DNA from: a virus
Length of the DNA: 64,000 nucleotides
IMG/VR virus record: IMGVR_UViG_3300037520_001064
Location: 1 to 64,000 of that record
Reading direction: 5' to 3' (one strand)
A program made the translations under genes and the position numbers. The notes beneath the pieces were generated by a model, which was not told the DNA's origin, searched no databases, and saw only the letters and a program-made list of their open reading frames with translations. Below, piece by piece: positions 43,501 through 49,695 of this stretch (position 1 is the stretch's first letter; each line of letters starts with the position of its first letter).

Positions 43501-44263
43501 AGAAGACTATGCTGCTGTAGTGGCTCCTGTTGTTAATTCTATTTCTTCTGATGAAACATTGCAAGCATTTGTTGATGGAATGTTCCAAAGAAATAACTTC
43601 AATGATACATTCATTATGCCTAGAGTTACACCTTTCTTTAAACCTAAGAGTGGAAATACATCTCAAGCAATGGCACAAATGATTGATCCAAGTGTTCAGG
43701 TTGGTTATTACTCTTCTTCTTTCCCAGAAATTAAATCATTAAATCTTCAAGCAATAGATAGACAAGTCTTGGTGATTGGAGATAAGTATAATCAAAAAGC
43801 TATGAACAGTGACTATGTTGCTGTACCTAGAGTGGTGAAATTGAAAAGTGGTGTAAGAATTGATGTGCTAACTGGTAACACAGTTACTGCTGCTAACTAT
43901 GCTGCTAGAAAGAAAAAAGGAGACTACTCATTAAATGATGTACTTGGATATAAGAGAGTGTTTTTATCTACAGGAGAACCATTAAGAATACCAGATAAAA
44001 AAGGATTTCCACAATCTGTATACAAATTAGTAAATCTTTATGGAGATGGTAATAGAGCTACAGAAAACTACACAGATTTCAGACCTTCTATAATTGACAA
44101 TGGTACATTGAAAACAACAAAAGAATTAAATGATGTAGATATTGTTAGCTTTTATGGTGGTGAAGTTGTAGAAAATAATGTATCTTTACCAGCAGAAGTA
44201 CCTACACAAGAAAACAAACCAGATGGGCTTCCACCTATTGACAGAACTAATGAAACATGTTAA
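31589..44263 (+). CDS. giant virion-packaged DNA-dependent RNA polymerase polyprotein (crAss-like, phi14:2 gp66-type) with zincin-like HExxH domain
   Basis: 4224 aa. GFRIPTQ at about 41490, catalytic GSDFDIDKL (DxDxD at 41612-41626), and HEIGH at 37499-37513. Confidence 0.88.
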   Translation: MPIFDNELIDNVSDRLDNEIRLPQAPLGSPDLMEINTNMGGNWGLSDKSNRGLSMDELAKVQAPDQISFDAPFSSVSRKTLLENQRYPMYQRDVDLENIYGLQQSWYSSLGSGVVKGLGNLAGTFAQSFTNIPNTISAIRNGNMSDLAGDPDGYEGGIDTWLKNMEDYLPNYLTREEKLHPYRAMIPGFAGSANFWGNSVIKNLGFMGGSIAGAVVQDMAVGAVTEGIGAFPLIGSQIGRAALWMNKIAGGTNKIDDVLNLAQTLGKSEKQLLKIQQLGQLAQSQKVLNGARYGIVTWGAAQTEAGVEARDGYRQVKDTLIQTYKDTHFGEEPTGIDLQQIENYSTDAMNTRFGINMALLTVSNAIQFDNLFKSVTTAQRGVTGSLTRNITEAGKIGLKEGSLDTFERKAVTGFGNRMWDKVKPVLPNIFAEGVYEEGGQFAAERGTYDYYTRKYKNLNNPVNKENWDTLKEVTESTTYGLAEQFNTTEGITSMIIGGITAALVGGGQRMYDKAKGQGSDKRLNSSINMLNRYGMTGILSNKYDNTLNSIGIAKEMEEAAASGNVFNYKNLKHDMFYNFVQSRIPSGMHDVTIEQLNMLKDLSKEDFEKTFGMDFNTSTQKTVNSYVDSLINKANEIKKTSDAVNSTFQNPFKNYIDPTPEQELENDKYDTFESWKTDLTYFATIKDDVNQRLNSIQDNVTNINPLVTNDMLANLTSKSSLQELSRSYEEQANQLLNTITDYTTPADKKAIREQVKALRTQSEKINLALNNGGPLDLKTFHSLLNFELNNQYSTKDDVVGLENSSQLYIYGVDINKNNEHKKIASDAFDKLSSEKGFDKYFKQAEEVNEETAELNDKEGAPVPTFVNEEKQKEELEVGREYEVRATKKASIKKIADGRYQVTAPDGTVSFHKTRKEAVEESKDLTDENTNLSKVKVLALNDDGTVKVEDVNGDILNIDPKRLRGYKRLETDQEKLQKNKEDIAREQTELEHNSGTVASVSSEGVENVKESRLPDAEILFLSSSSPSEEDSPTVAAAPHITNSREFLNNVASMPNRSKLRSILITSKQAAGLQLDGIVQMSYEKDLSTDVNTIEGVNDINSGWVAQVFVEQDVDGLFFVDKDGNRIGKVGEAGTDLNKIIFQTMRTTSLFNRSGQPRYRKEQQAEAEAYSKAWGEYRKTLFEAGATEFPTFEFSVSNGIPIELRDANGLKEKNHVGDVLIDEALIPNQANLIVIPTTGTIVNSKGEIQKTPNGVPVLQYGDTIAFLNNRMFNNREAAGVYEVIRRLADAAVEQANTGQRVTLNRQFTTFLQNVLYWKSKDATTSPNQIRIDIESMSLKLGDKSYPLSDIAQYEEQIKDHLTEKAFISVNNKTLKDFAQAPFEEWYINQDGQFVSSKWTNYQTFLLANKYPSGKARPMGDTPLSTSIAKPIPGRPYSFKQRYSTIAEPDNFNVQIITPAQKAKEEAPAGVEVPTLGEYVVDGKTSNPYIIDAGPVQFTAVEDADGNFNVEVESNETTKKLFENKPTFEKIKDALKAANKFDASIPLEEEEKYITDYLALRISAELSKLKAEAPAQEAPVAEEVSDIDAKKAEIERTINNLPDNLLFITHITSEGNAINIYNDNLLMPAGVSSTTGIVNKEQLKQILFDLAEGKSSHRGYLDLFLGAIDRTTLENTNGKTLQDKLENYLDENFIEDVAKTQLPSSLNIGYFTDGVLNTKYDTKTSEDKKADIEKRRQAELEENKKLSVQDLKTKVAEEFDTLEETKNKLKEEVSDDTSLSEQDKELLTTAIDGVFNIPGSNPYIIDDYEGYAAYDPKKFEDYMAYNFPNLTKDQIRDVLSKRIEQIATQHSASLLASLEGPSGLPNNLAELNADKINAKYDAELAALESEDKPDVPVQKKPGGDFRKVGLDENERMTEAELELFKEWHAEKVPFIPFEVLENLIDTYDGEKAWGAFENGVAKFVRGGLRGTEYHEIGHAIFKGMLSPEEQRALLDEFKSKSGTFTDRASRKKIAYADATDKQAEERIMDDFSEFRKGKLPARSLGEKVRRFFKAIMDFFKSFVVKPSLKEEFFKSIESGKFKERTLSEESINPFSEYSRVSQLTAQQANNFVQDMTARAAGILFREGDKSLLFNPERITGTEMFGKIEDMLIEEGRRQLLSDKTWEDLKQEVRDQLRTRGINFNDEDVQSINNEESNKNDYAAEPFTLDTKKNSAPAVKFLCSTVIERKPTNQESAITLNTPLESKFSEMTIGGNTIQGYKLMNFSRVFSTLLDKLSNTSNVREFTNKLFDLAQNDANYVSIFQKIGGKNKVVPFSEFNDNDWRLFVQFIQTFARQKPNALIQYKSSDSVYTGAANLFTAIQQTENEWMTNIQTLAKGDGEIVKYVNNTYVIDQVALKAMPIRKPKPMIAMLNAIGVTFDYDTYVKLKANDKLDFAEQVESIYGYFGSNNDLMTISGKTLDIGGPLSTLAELYNKVNNPSQESTYFGVEGQRIGAFSENNTPSVFENEFNESATIDQLKQSRPELNDVFSTGSQVLKKGGLFYDKDGNKIKDFKVSVIQGEENQDDDKGTSTSKLTIGDRFTMEINQNLNGKYYILIPADGSTEWMMNIGNNVSFDSIARNSYKDINAIFKGYLMDDINLALDYANREKLLNVTDDFENLDKAKELRFFKDILAPDNLEAINGMIQDGRTLEEITAYVNENISDINNSVKEFIDAMTVETKSILQVNQKIQQQNEDRFVYQDLDDNFLKAESFNKNNLSNNDINNILTYANVNYIIANIEFHKILFGDPYQFAIKKNGALDETKRIKSFLSPRRTTFDSPEYNTYLNNNVNNANGIQLKEYKYNPYTEKWEGDPGYHVHKSHTDTITVKDIKVAGSLSAINELYGNTNEADAVSWLMDTTHREIKLKNGQWDLQGPEEKWFQWEMAYTRQNFPGYEYSNEALRTQDAELVNTPRPKYTTEILKPIVSGNKANKNNFDLVLDKFSQVPIYFSMVKGTNLEKLYVQMKKQGIGYAIVESGRKVGAQELHSLYNGDGSFNNEAFSDASIVQVPWKAYGIQVETATTDNKSQTRGSQITKIASIDLFDNGVPTSPEAAKEYKRNTDLLNRMHQNAYNELLNNLGLEDLNNGFVMKNGRNVSETLMREMMRREVSNNTKQTIKLNTEDQFMIPFEASPSYVQIRSILYSMIDKAIGSPKVSGGSHVQMPATMLESMTKGRSIAMKNKEGVWEKISKEKYETLTDAEKAGVMLTDDSLKFYVDKDGERYCEVLLPHWFKDKFKNKFKTDKELLKYLNGTPEGRSILSGIGFRIPTQALSSAEVFRVKGFLPQYMGATVVVPSEITTKSGSDFDIDKLNMYLKSVYADRTGNIKLVRLQGNEENTKDFYGKVFDDTLGVKQMKKADLLEALDIVVYGLEDPKGLLNVYGDYIKSKEEQYENPYEFRDLIEKDLNKLTDTNLQAELRAEYVKDMYKKALENEYYDSLEKLLTLPENFQRLVTPVDDAGLKKVAGELDKLRGIDENKIPNRILNRNYMTNLRNSFLMGKRWVGVVAVNITNLSLRQKIQSYIDPTKFAGLSKEDQELLGDGTVVLKHNTTLVNGEERISLGGVRTADGTDQLISNRLSGYATAVVDVAKDDFITRIIKSNLAIGTFMFLENIGAGEQSIYFLNQPIITEYLRIVNATNSSNLFYEDNIQAVRSFFPTTTAEIADANINVDGLKGNISKYATGKLTTKENGEQHAILKEFLKYAKMAEYNFDFTQATNYDTSRYGSGDMFARKQLQTQKANDVNIISSAKEILDNTFLGNQAKFLAASMQAMGAIFKLEQDHLRIITEDIMKTYAKNKYLSVDNFNKISNKAKMAFLDYIIQTKTGINGRTEDLLVNAKTSVANRLEVAKEKYPEIQLLKDLQVVPSERENGAKSVMLRANIKDAYDEDLYVDMMRELRDYNAETKVLYRNLIAIALLQGSYQSAISIKNIIPIEDYAAVVAPVVNSISSDETLQAFVDGMFQRNNFNDTFIMPRVTPFFKPKSGNTSQAMAQMIDPSVQVGYYSSSFPEIKSLNLQAIDRQVLVIGDKYNQKAMNSDYVAVPRVVKLKSGVRIDVLTGNTVTAANYAARKKKGDYSLNDVLGYKRVFLSTGEPLRIPDKKGFPQSVYKLVNLYGDGNRATENYTDFRPSIIDNGTLKTTKELNDVDIVSFYGGEVVENNVSLPAEVPTQENKPDGLPPIDRTNETC

Positions 44264-44266
44264 GCT

Positions 44267-47200
44267 ATGCCTTGTAAAATTCAAATAAAAGAAAACATTA
44301 CTCGTAACATTGAGCAAAGAACAGATGGTGCATTTAATAAGCGTCTAGATGTAGCACAGTCTATAGCTAGAAGTGTTAATGCTGACTATGGAACAACTGT
44401 TGTAAGATTTGTTCAAAAAGATGTTGACTTTATAGATAGAGAAATAATTATCCCTCAAGAACTAATTGATAGATATTATGATCATGAACTATTTCTTGAA
44501 GAAGAAGAAGCTCGTGGTGTTCAACAAGAGGATGCTGCAAGAGCTGGTGAAGAATTCTCAGATGAATATATGTTCCAAAAAGAAGAAGGACCTATACCAA
44601 CAATTGCTTCTCCACAAACTCTATCATTAATAAAAGACTTTCTTAAGAACATTGGTGTAGATATAAAATTAATGGACAATATTGTAGTCAATGGTATTAA
44701 GCAAGATGCTAATGCTGTTGCACTACTTACACAAAAACTTATTCAAGTGGTGAATGGTAAAGAAGCATCAGCTCTTCCAGAAGAGGCTATGCACTTTGCT
44801 GTTGCTATTATCAAACAAACTAATCCAGCTTTATACAAGAAGTTGATGGGTGAGATTAATAGCTATGCTATAATGAATGAAGTGTTTGAATCATATGGTA
44901 ATGACCCTGCTTATCAAATAGATGGTAAACCAAATGTAATCAAACTTAAAGAAGAAGCTATTGCTAAAGTGTTAGTTGAAACTATCATCAATAATAATGA
45001 GAACAATACAGAGAAACCAGAACGCATTGCAAATGCTGAATCTTGGTGGGATCAGATTGTTAATTATTTGAAAAACTTATTCAGTAAGAGTGGCTTTGAT
45101 ATGGCTGCTATGAAGATTATCAATGGTGAAGCAATTGGTACAGTTGAAGATATTAGAGAGAACGCAGGAGAGATGTTCTTTCAATTATCTAAACAAGAGA
45201 AGATTGTTAATGGCATTAAAGATGTATCTAACAGAATTGAAAAGAAAACTGTTAAGAATGAACTTGGTGGTGAAGAAGAAAAGTATTTCATTGATGGTAA
45301 ACAAATTAAAAACAGAGTTAGCAACATCATTAAAACTTGGTATGATGAAATACGTGCACAAGATGCATTAACTGATTCTGAATACAAGAAAGCAATCAAT
45401 GCATTAAAAGCTGATAAAGGTACTGCAGGTCATAAAGACTTTGAATATGCATTCAGTCTATTTGTAGATGAGAATGGTAAGCTGAAAAGTAAAGATGAAA
45501 TAGATCGTGCTGTACTAACTGATAATCATGTATCATTTATTGATCCAAACAATAACACTATCTACGAGATGCTAAGAGATAATCTTAGAGCACGTATGGA
45601 AACTTTCCCTGCAGAAACTGTGTTTATGTCTGAGGTGACAATCTTTGATCCTAGAAGAGATGTTGCTGGTACAGTGGATTTCTTAGCTGTCACTCCTGAA
45701 GGAAAGGTTAATATACTTGACTGGAAATTTATTGGACTTGATACAATGAGATATCAAGATGTTCCTTGGTATAATGTTGCTTCTTGGGACAGACAGATGA
45801 AACAATATAAATCTATCATCAAAGATAACTATGGTGTAGATATTAAAGACTTCGAACAAACTAGAATGATTCCTATCAGAGCAGTTTATTCTGAAGCAAA
45901 CCCACAAACAAAAGTGTTACCAAGATTATTGGAAATAGAAATAGGAGATGTTAATGTTAAAAACATTAAACAAGACTATTTGATTCCTGTTGGTGTAGCT
46001 GGTGAAAAAGTTATCATTGAAAATGACAAAGCTGCTACTAAGAAAATTAATGTTATTCTAGATAAACTAAATGACATATATGCAAAGTTAGCTGAGCAAA
46101 AAGCACTACCATCTGAGAGACTAAATAAAGCTGAGCAATTAAATGCTCTTTATTCTGCAATCAGACAATTACAAATGAGACAAGATATTGGTCCTTTATT
46201 ATACCAATCTAAGATATTGAATGTACAGATACAAAGTATAATCAATACATACAATGAAAAGTTTCAAGGTAAAGAAGGATTCAGTGAACAAGAAATAGGA
46301 GACTTCACTAAATCATTAAGACTTGCTGAAGATGCATTACAACACTATCTAACATTAGATACAGATCTTGACTTCTTATTTGAAGGAAAACTATCAGATG
46401 AAGAGAAAGAACTAAAAGAAGAGTTAAGAGATACAGCATATCAATCAAGAAAACTTAATGATAATCTATCTGACATATTTACTGAATTCACTGTTGAACA
46501 AATTGGTGGTACAGAAAAAGGAGAGAAAGTTATAAAAGGTATATTCTCTAAATGGTTAGGTACAACATCTACTATTCAGTTAAAAGGAATGGCCACATTA
46601 TTTCAAAAAGCTAATGCTGCTTTTGGACGTGCTGGTATGGACACACAAACTGAGGTGGCTAGATTAACTAAATTAAAAAGTGAATATCAAAAATGGGCTT
46701 CTAATAAAGGGTTAGGTCCTAAGACCATGTTTAATATAATTAGAAAGAAAAATTCTAATGAATTAATTGATGAATACCAACCTGAATTCTATACAGAATT
46801 AAAAAGAGCTACAGATAAAAATGTTAAAGATATCAAATGGATAAAAGATAACATTGATGTAGAAGCTTATAGAAAATATCTTGAAGAGAAAAGACAAGAA
46901 GAATATGCTAGAATAGATAATCTTCCTAGACTTGGTACTCAAGAACAAAATGAATATGACATTGCTGCTGAGAAAGCTAAGGTTGCTTCATTATATAGTA
47001 TTGCAGGAGACAATGCTGTTGGTTGGTTATTGTATAGAGAAGCTAAAAAATTCCCTAAAGAAAAATGGCAATCTGAAGAATGGAAAGAACTGCATAAGAA
47101 AGATGCTGCTGGTAATTATGTAAACAAACCTGCTCTTGATTTCTACAATTATATAATAGAAAGAAACCAAGCATATGCAGACATAGGATATATATCAAAC

Positions 47201-49216
47201 AATCAAGCTAGAACATTTCTTCCTTGGGTAAGAAAAGGACTTTCTGAAAAACTTATATTTGGTGGAAGAATAACTCTTGGAGAACAATTTCTTAAAAACA
47301 TTTCTGTTGATGAGAATGAAGTTGGTATGGGAAGATATGATCCAATAACTGGTAAGATACTTAATAAAATTCCTAAGTATTTAACTAATGCATTTGAAGA
47401 AGACTACTCTGAAGATCTTTTCAAAACAATGGCTATGTATAATGAGTTTGCTATTAAGTTTCAATATCTATCAAGTATAGAAGATCAAGCATTAGCATTA
47501 TTAAGACTTGAACAAAACAAGAAAGCTATTGCTACATCTATGTTTGGTAAAACACAAAAGGATGCAAACGGTGATTTAGTTTATACAAATGATAATAGTG
47601 AAAACTCTAAACTTATAGAGGATATGATTAAAGCAATTGTATACCAACAGAAGTATATAGAGAGTGAAGCATTTGATCAACTACTTGGTAAGCTTGGTAA
47701 CTTTGGACCAACAATTAATAAAAAGCTTGGATTCAAATTATTACCAGAGAACTTAGATGGAAGACAGATAAGTATCAATAAAGCTATCACGCAATTGAAT
47801 AATACATTCCAAGTGACAGCACTTGGTCTTAATATATTATCATCTACTTCTAACTACTTTGGAGGTACTGCACAAGGATTTATTAATGCTGGTAAGTATT
47901 TTAGCAAAAGAGATTATATAGCTACAGAGACATGGTTACTAAGTAACAAGATGGCTGGTGATATAGATAAAAAGACTGCACTGGCTGCACTTGAATACTT
48001 TGTACCATTCACAGATAACTATAATAGATATGCTGCTACAAAACTTTCAATCAATAAATTAGATGACCAAGCAATACAAGATTGGTTAATGATCTTGATG
48101 AGAAAAGGGGATGAGGCTGTTCAAACAGTTAACTTCTTTTCATTCTTAAAGAACTCAGTTGTTTTAGATGGCCAAGTTGTTAATGCTAGAGAGTATTTAA
48201 AATCTACAGATGAGTTTAAAAACTTCTATCAAGGAACACAATCAGAAAGAGATGCTAGAGCTGAGAAGTTTGAAAAAGATGTCAAAGAACTTATTAAAGA
48301 GAAGGGAGTTCTTAATGTAAGTACAGTTGTAAATGGAGAACTTGTTATTCCTGGTGTAGATAGAAAATCTGATTCTGTAATAGAATTAAGAAGAAAGGTG
48401 CAAAGTTTTACAGCTGATGCATTAGGATCTATGACAGAAGAAAACAAACGTCTAATGAACTTAAATGTATATGGAAACTCTTTCATGGTATTTAAGAATT
48501 GGATTCCTAGACTTGTTGATGTACGTATGGGTAATGTTAAATACAATGCGGCATCAGATGCTTATGAATGGGGAAGAACTAGAATGATTGCTAGAATCAT
48601 ATCAGATGATTTTAGAGGAGCTCTTGGTAATCTTAAAAACTCATTAGTAGGTAATGATAAAGGAATGGAATACATTAGACAGCTATATGAGAAAAAGAGA
48701 GCTGACTATAAAGCTGATACTGATAAAGAACTTGAGATGACAGAAGATGAATTCATTGATCTTGTTAGAGCAAATATCAAGAATCAGTTAATAGATGTAT
48801 TATTCTATGCTACATTATGGGCTATCTTCTTAGGACTTAAGGCTATGGCTCCAGATGATGATGAAGATCCTATAGTTAAGAATCAATGGAAGTTTGCTCT
48901 TAAGGCTACAGATAAGTTTAAAGATGAGCTTGGTTACTTCTATAATCCTACAAGTTTAACAAACTTAGTTTCTCAAGGAGTGTTTCCTGCTATGGGTCTT
49001 ATAAATAATTATGAGAAAGGATTGGTAAACTTTTTGAAAGAATCATATGGGTTAGCTACAGGAGATGATGAGCTTGTTGAAAAGACTAGTGTTATCAAGT
49101 ATTGGATGAAAACAAATCCTATAACTAATCAAGCTGCTGGAATGCTTCCAATGTTTTATCCTGACTTAGCTAAAGACCTTGGAATAAAAATGCAATCGCA
49201 ATCAGGAATAAGATAA
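44267..49216 (+). CDS. large cargo-type protein with PD-(D/E)xK nuclease-like domain
   Basis: 1649 aa. GTAGH...E...AGTVDFLAVTPEGKVNILDWKF...Q..QY, a degenerate zincin EEAMH, and a C-terminal hydrophobic helix. Confidence 0.7.
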   Translation: MPCKIQIKENITRNIEQRTDGAFNKRLDVAQSIARSVNADYGTTVVRFVQKDVDFIDREIIIPQELIDRYYDHELFLEEEEARGVQQEDAARAGEEFSDEYMFQKEEGPIPTIASPQTLSLIKDFLKNIGVDIKLMDNIVVNGIKQDANAVALLTQKLIQVVNGKEASALPEEAMHFAVAIIKQTNPALYKKLMGEINSYAIMNEVFESYGNDPAYQIDGKPNVIKLKEEAIAKVLVETIINNNENNTEKPERIANAESWWDQIVNYLKNLFSKSGFDMAAMKIINGEAIGTVEDIRENAGEMFFQLSKQEKIVNGIKDVSNRIEKKTVKNELGGEEEKYFIDGKQIKNRVSNIIKTWYDEIRAQDALTDSEYKKAINALKADKGTAGHKDFEYAFSLFVDENGKLKSKDEIDRAVLTDNHVSFIDPNNNTIYEMLRDNLRARMETFPAETVFMSEVTIFDPRRDVAGTVDFLAVTPEGKVNILDWKFIGLDTMRYQDVPWYNVASWDRQMKQYKSIIKDNYGVDIKDFEQTRMIPIRAVYSEANPQTKVLPRLLEIEIGDVNVKNIKQDYLIPVGVAGEKVIIENDKAATKKINVILDKLNDIYAKLAEQKALPSERLNKAEQLNALYSAIRQLQMRQDIGPLLYQSKILNVQIQSIINTYNEKFQGKEGFSEQEIGDFTKSLRLAEDALQHYLTLDTDLDFLFEGKLSDEEKELKEELRDTAYQSRKLNDNLSDIFTEFTVEQIGGTEKGEKVIKGIFSKWLGTTSTIQLKGMATLFQKANAAFGRAGMDTQTEVARLTKLKSEYQKWASNKGLGPKTMFNIIRKKNSNELIDEYQPEFYTELKRATDKNVKDIKWIKDNIDVEAYRKYLEEKRQEEYARIDNLPRLGTQEQNEYDIAAEKAKVASLYSIAGDNAVGWLLYREAKKFPKEKWQSEEWKELHKKDAAGNYVNKPALDFYNYIIERNQAYADIGYISNNQARTFLPWVRKGLSEKLIFGGRITLGEQFLKNISVDENEVGMGRYDPITGKILNKIPKYLTNAFEEDYSEDLFKTMAMYNEFAIKFQYLSSIEDQALALLRLEQNKKAIATSMFGKTQKDANGDLVYTNDNSENSKLIEDMIKAIVYQQKYIESEAFDQLLGKLGNFGPTINKKLGFKLLPENLDGRQISINKAITQLNNTFQVTALGLNILSSTSNYFGGTAQGFINAGKYFSKRDYIATETWLLSNKMAGDIDKKTALAALEYFVPFTDNYNRYAATKLSINKLDDQAIQDWLMILMRKGDEAVQTVNFFSFLKNSVVLDGQVVNAREYLKSTDEFKNFYQGTQSERDARAEKFEKDVKELIKEKGVLNVSTVVNGELVIPGVDRKSDSVIELRRKVQSFTADALGSMTEENKRLMNLNVYGNSFMVFKNWIPRLVDVRMGNVKYNAASDAYEWGRTRMIARIISDDFRGALGNLKNSLVGNDKGMEYIRQLYEKKRADYKADTDKELEMTEDEFIDLVRANIKNQLIDVLFYATLWAIFLGLKAMAPDDDEDPIVKNQWKFALKATDKFKDELGYFYNPTSLTNLVSQGVFPAMGLINNYEKGLVNFLKESYGLATGDDELVEKTSVIKYWMKTNPITNQAAGMLPMFYPDLAKDLGIKMQSQSGIR

Positions 49217-49277
49217 AACAACGCTATATTATATCAGATATTTACTATCGACATTTTTAAAACATATATTTAATAAT

Positions 49278-49285
49278 TAACTTTG
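49278..49285 (+). promoter_or_regulatory. possible -7 promoter element
   Basis: TAACTTTG lies 5 nt before ATG 49291. There is no clear -33 TTTG, but GCTATATTAT sits 45 nt upstream. Confidence 0.4.
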
Positions 49286-49290
49286 CTCAC

Positions 49291-49683
49291 ATGAGAACAG
49301 CTGCAATTTGCCCAACATGTGCCACATATGAAAATGCTTTATGCATTATATACAATGGCCCTTACTTAACCAATATAGATGTTAATCCTTTAGAAGATTT
49401 ACAAACTATATTAGGTAAAATCAATACTAACTTAGTACCTAAAACAGGTACAACAGCACCAACCATTCCTGCTACATATTTAGGACAAAACTATTTAAAT
49501 GTAGCTAAGTCTATGTTGTATTTTGCTAAAGGGATTAATACAGGAGCCACTGATTGGAGTCTTGTATTATCAGTTCCTGCTACAGGAGCACCTGAGTATG
49601 CAAACAACGCAGCTGCTTTATTTGCAGGACTAAGCGTTGGTCAAGTCTACCGTACTGGAGACTTTCTTAAAATCGTTCACTAA
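49291..49683 (+). CDS. small fibre-associated protein
   Basis: Shared CIIYNGPYL...LQTILGKIN N-terminal module and a C-terminal YANNAAA..AGL..G..Y.T..LKIV motif. Confidence 0.65.
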   Translation: MRTAAICPTCATYENALCIIYNGPYLTNIDVNPLEDLQTILGKINTNLVPKTGTTAPTIPATYLGQNYLNVAKSMLYFAKGINTGATDWSLVLSVPATGAPEYANNAAALFAGLSVGQVYRTGDFLKIVH

Positions 49684-49695
49684 TAATCCAAACCA

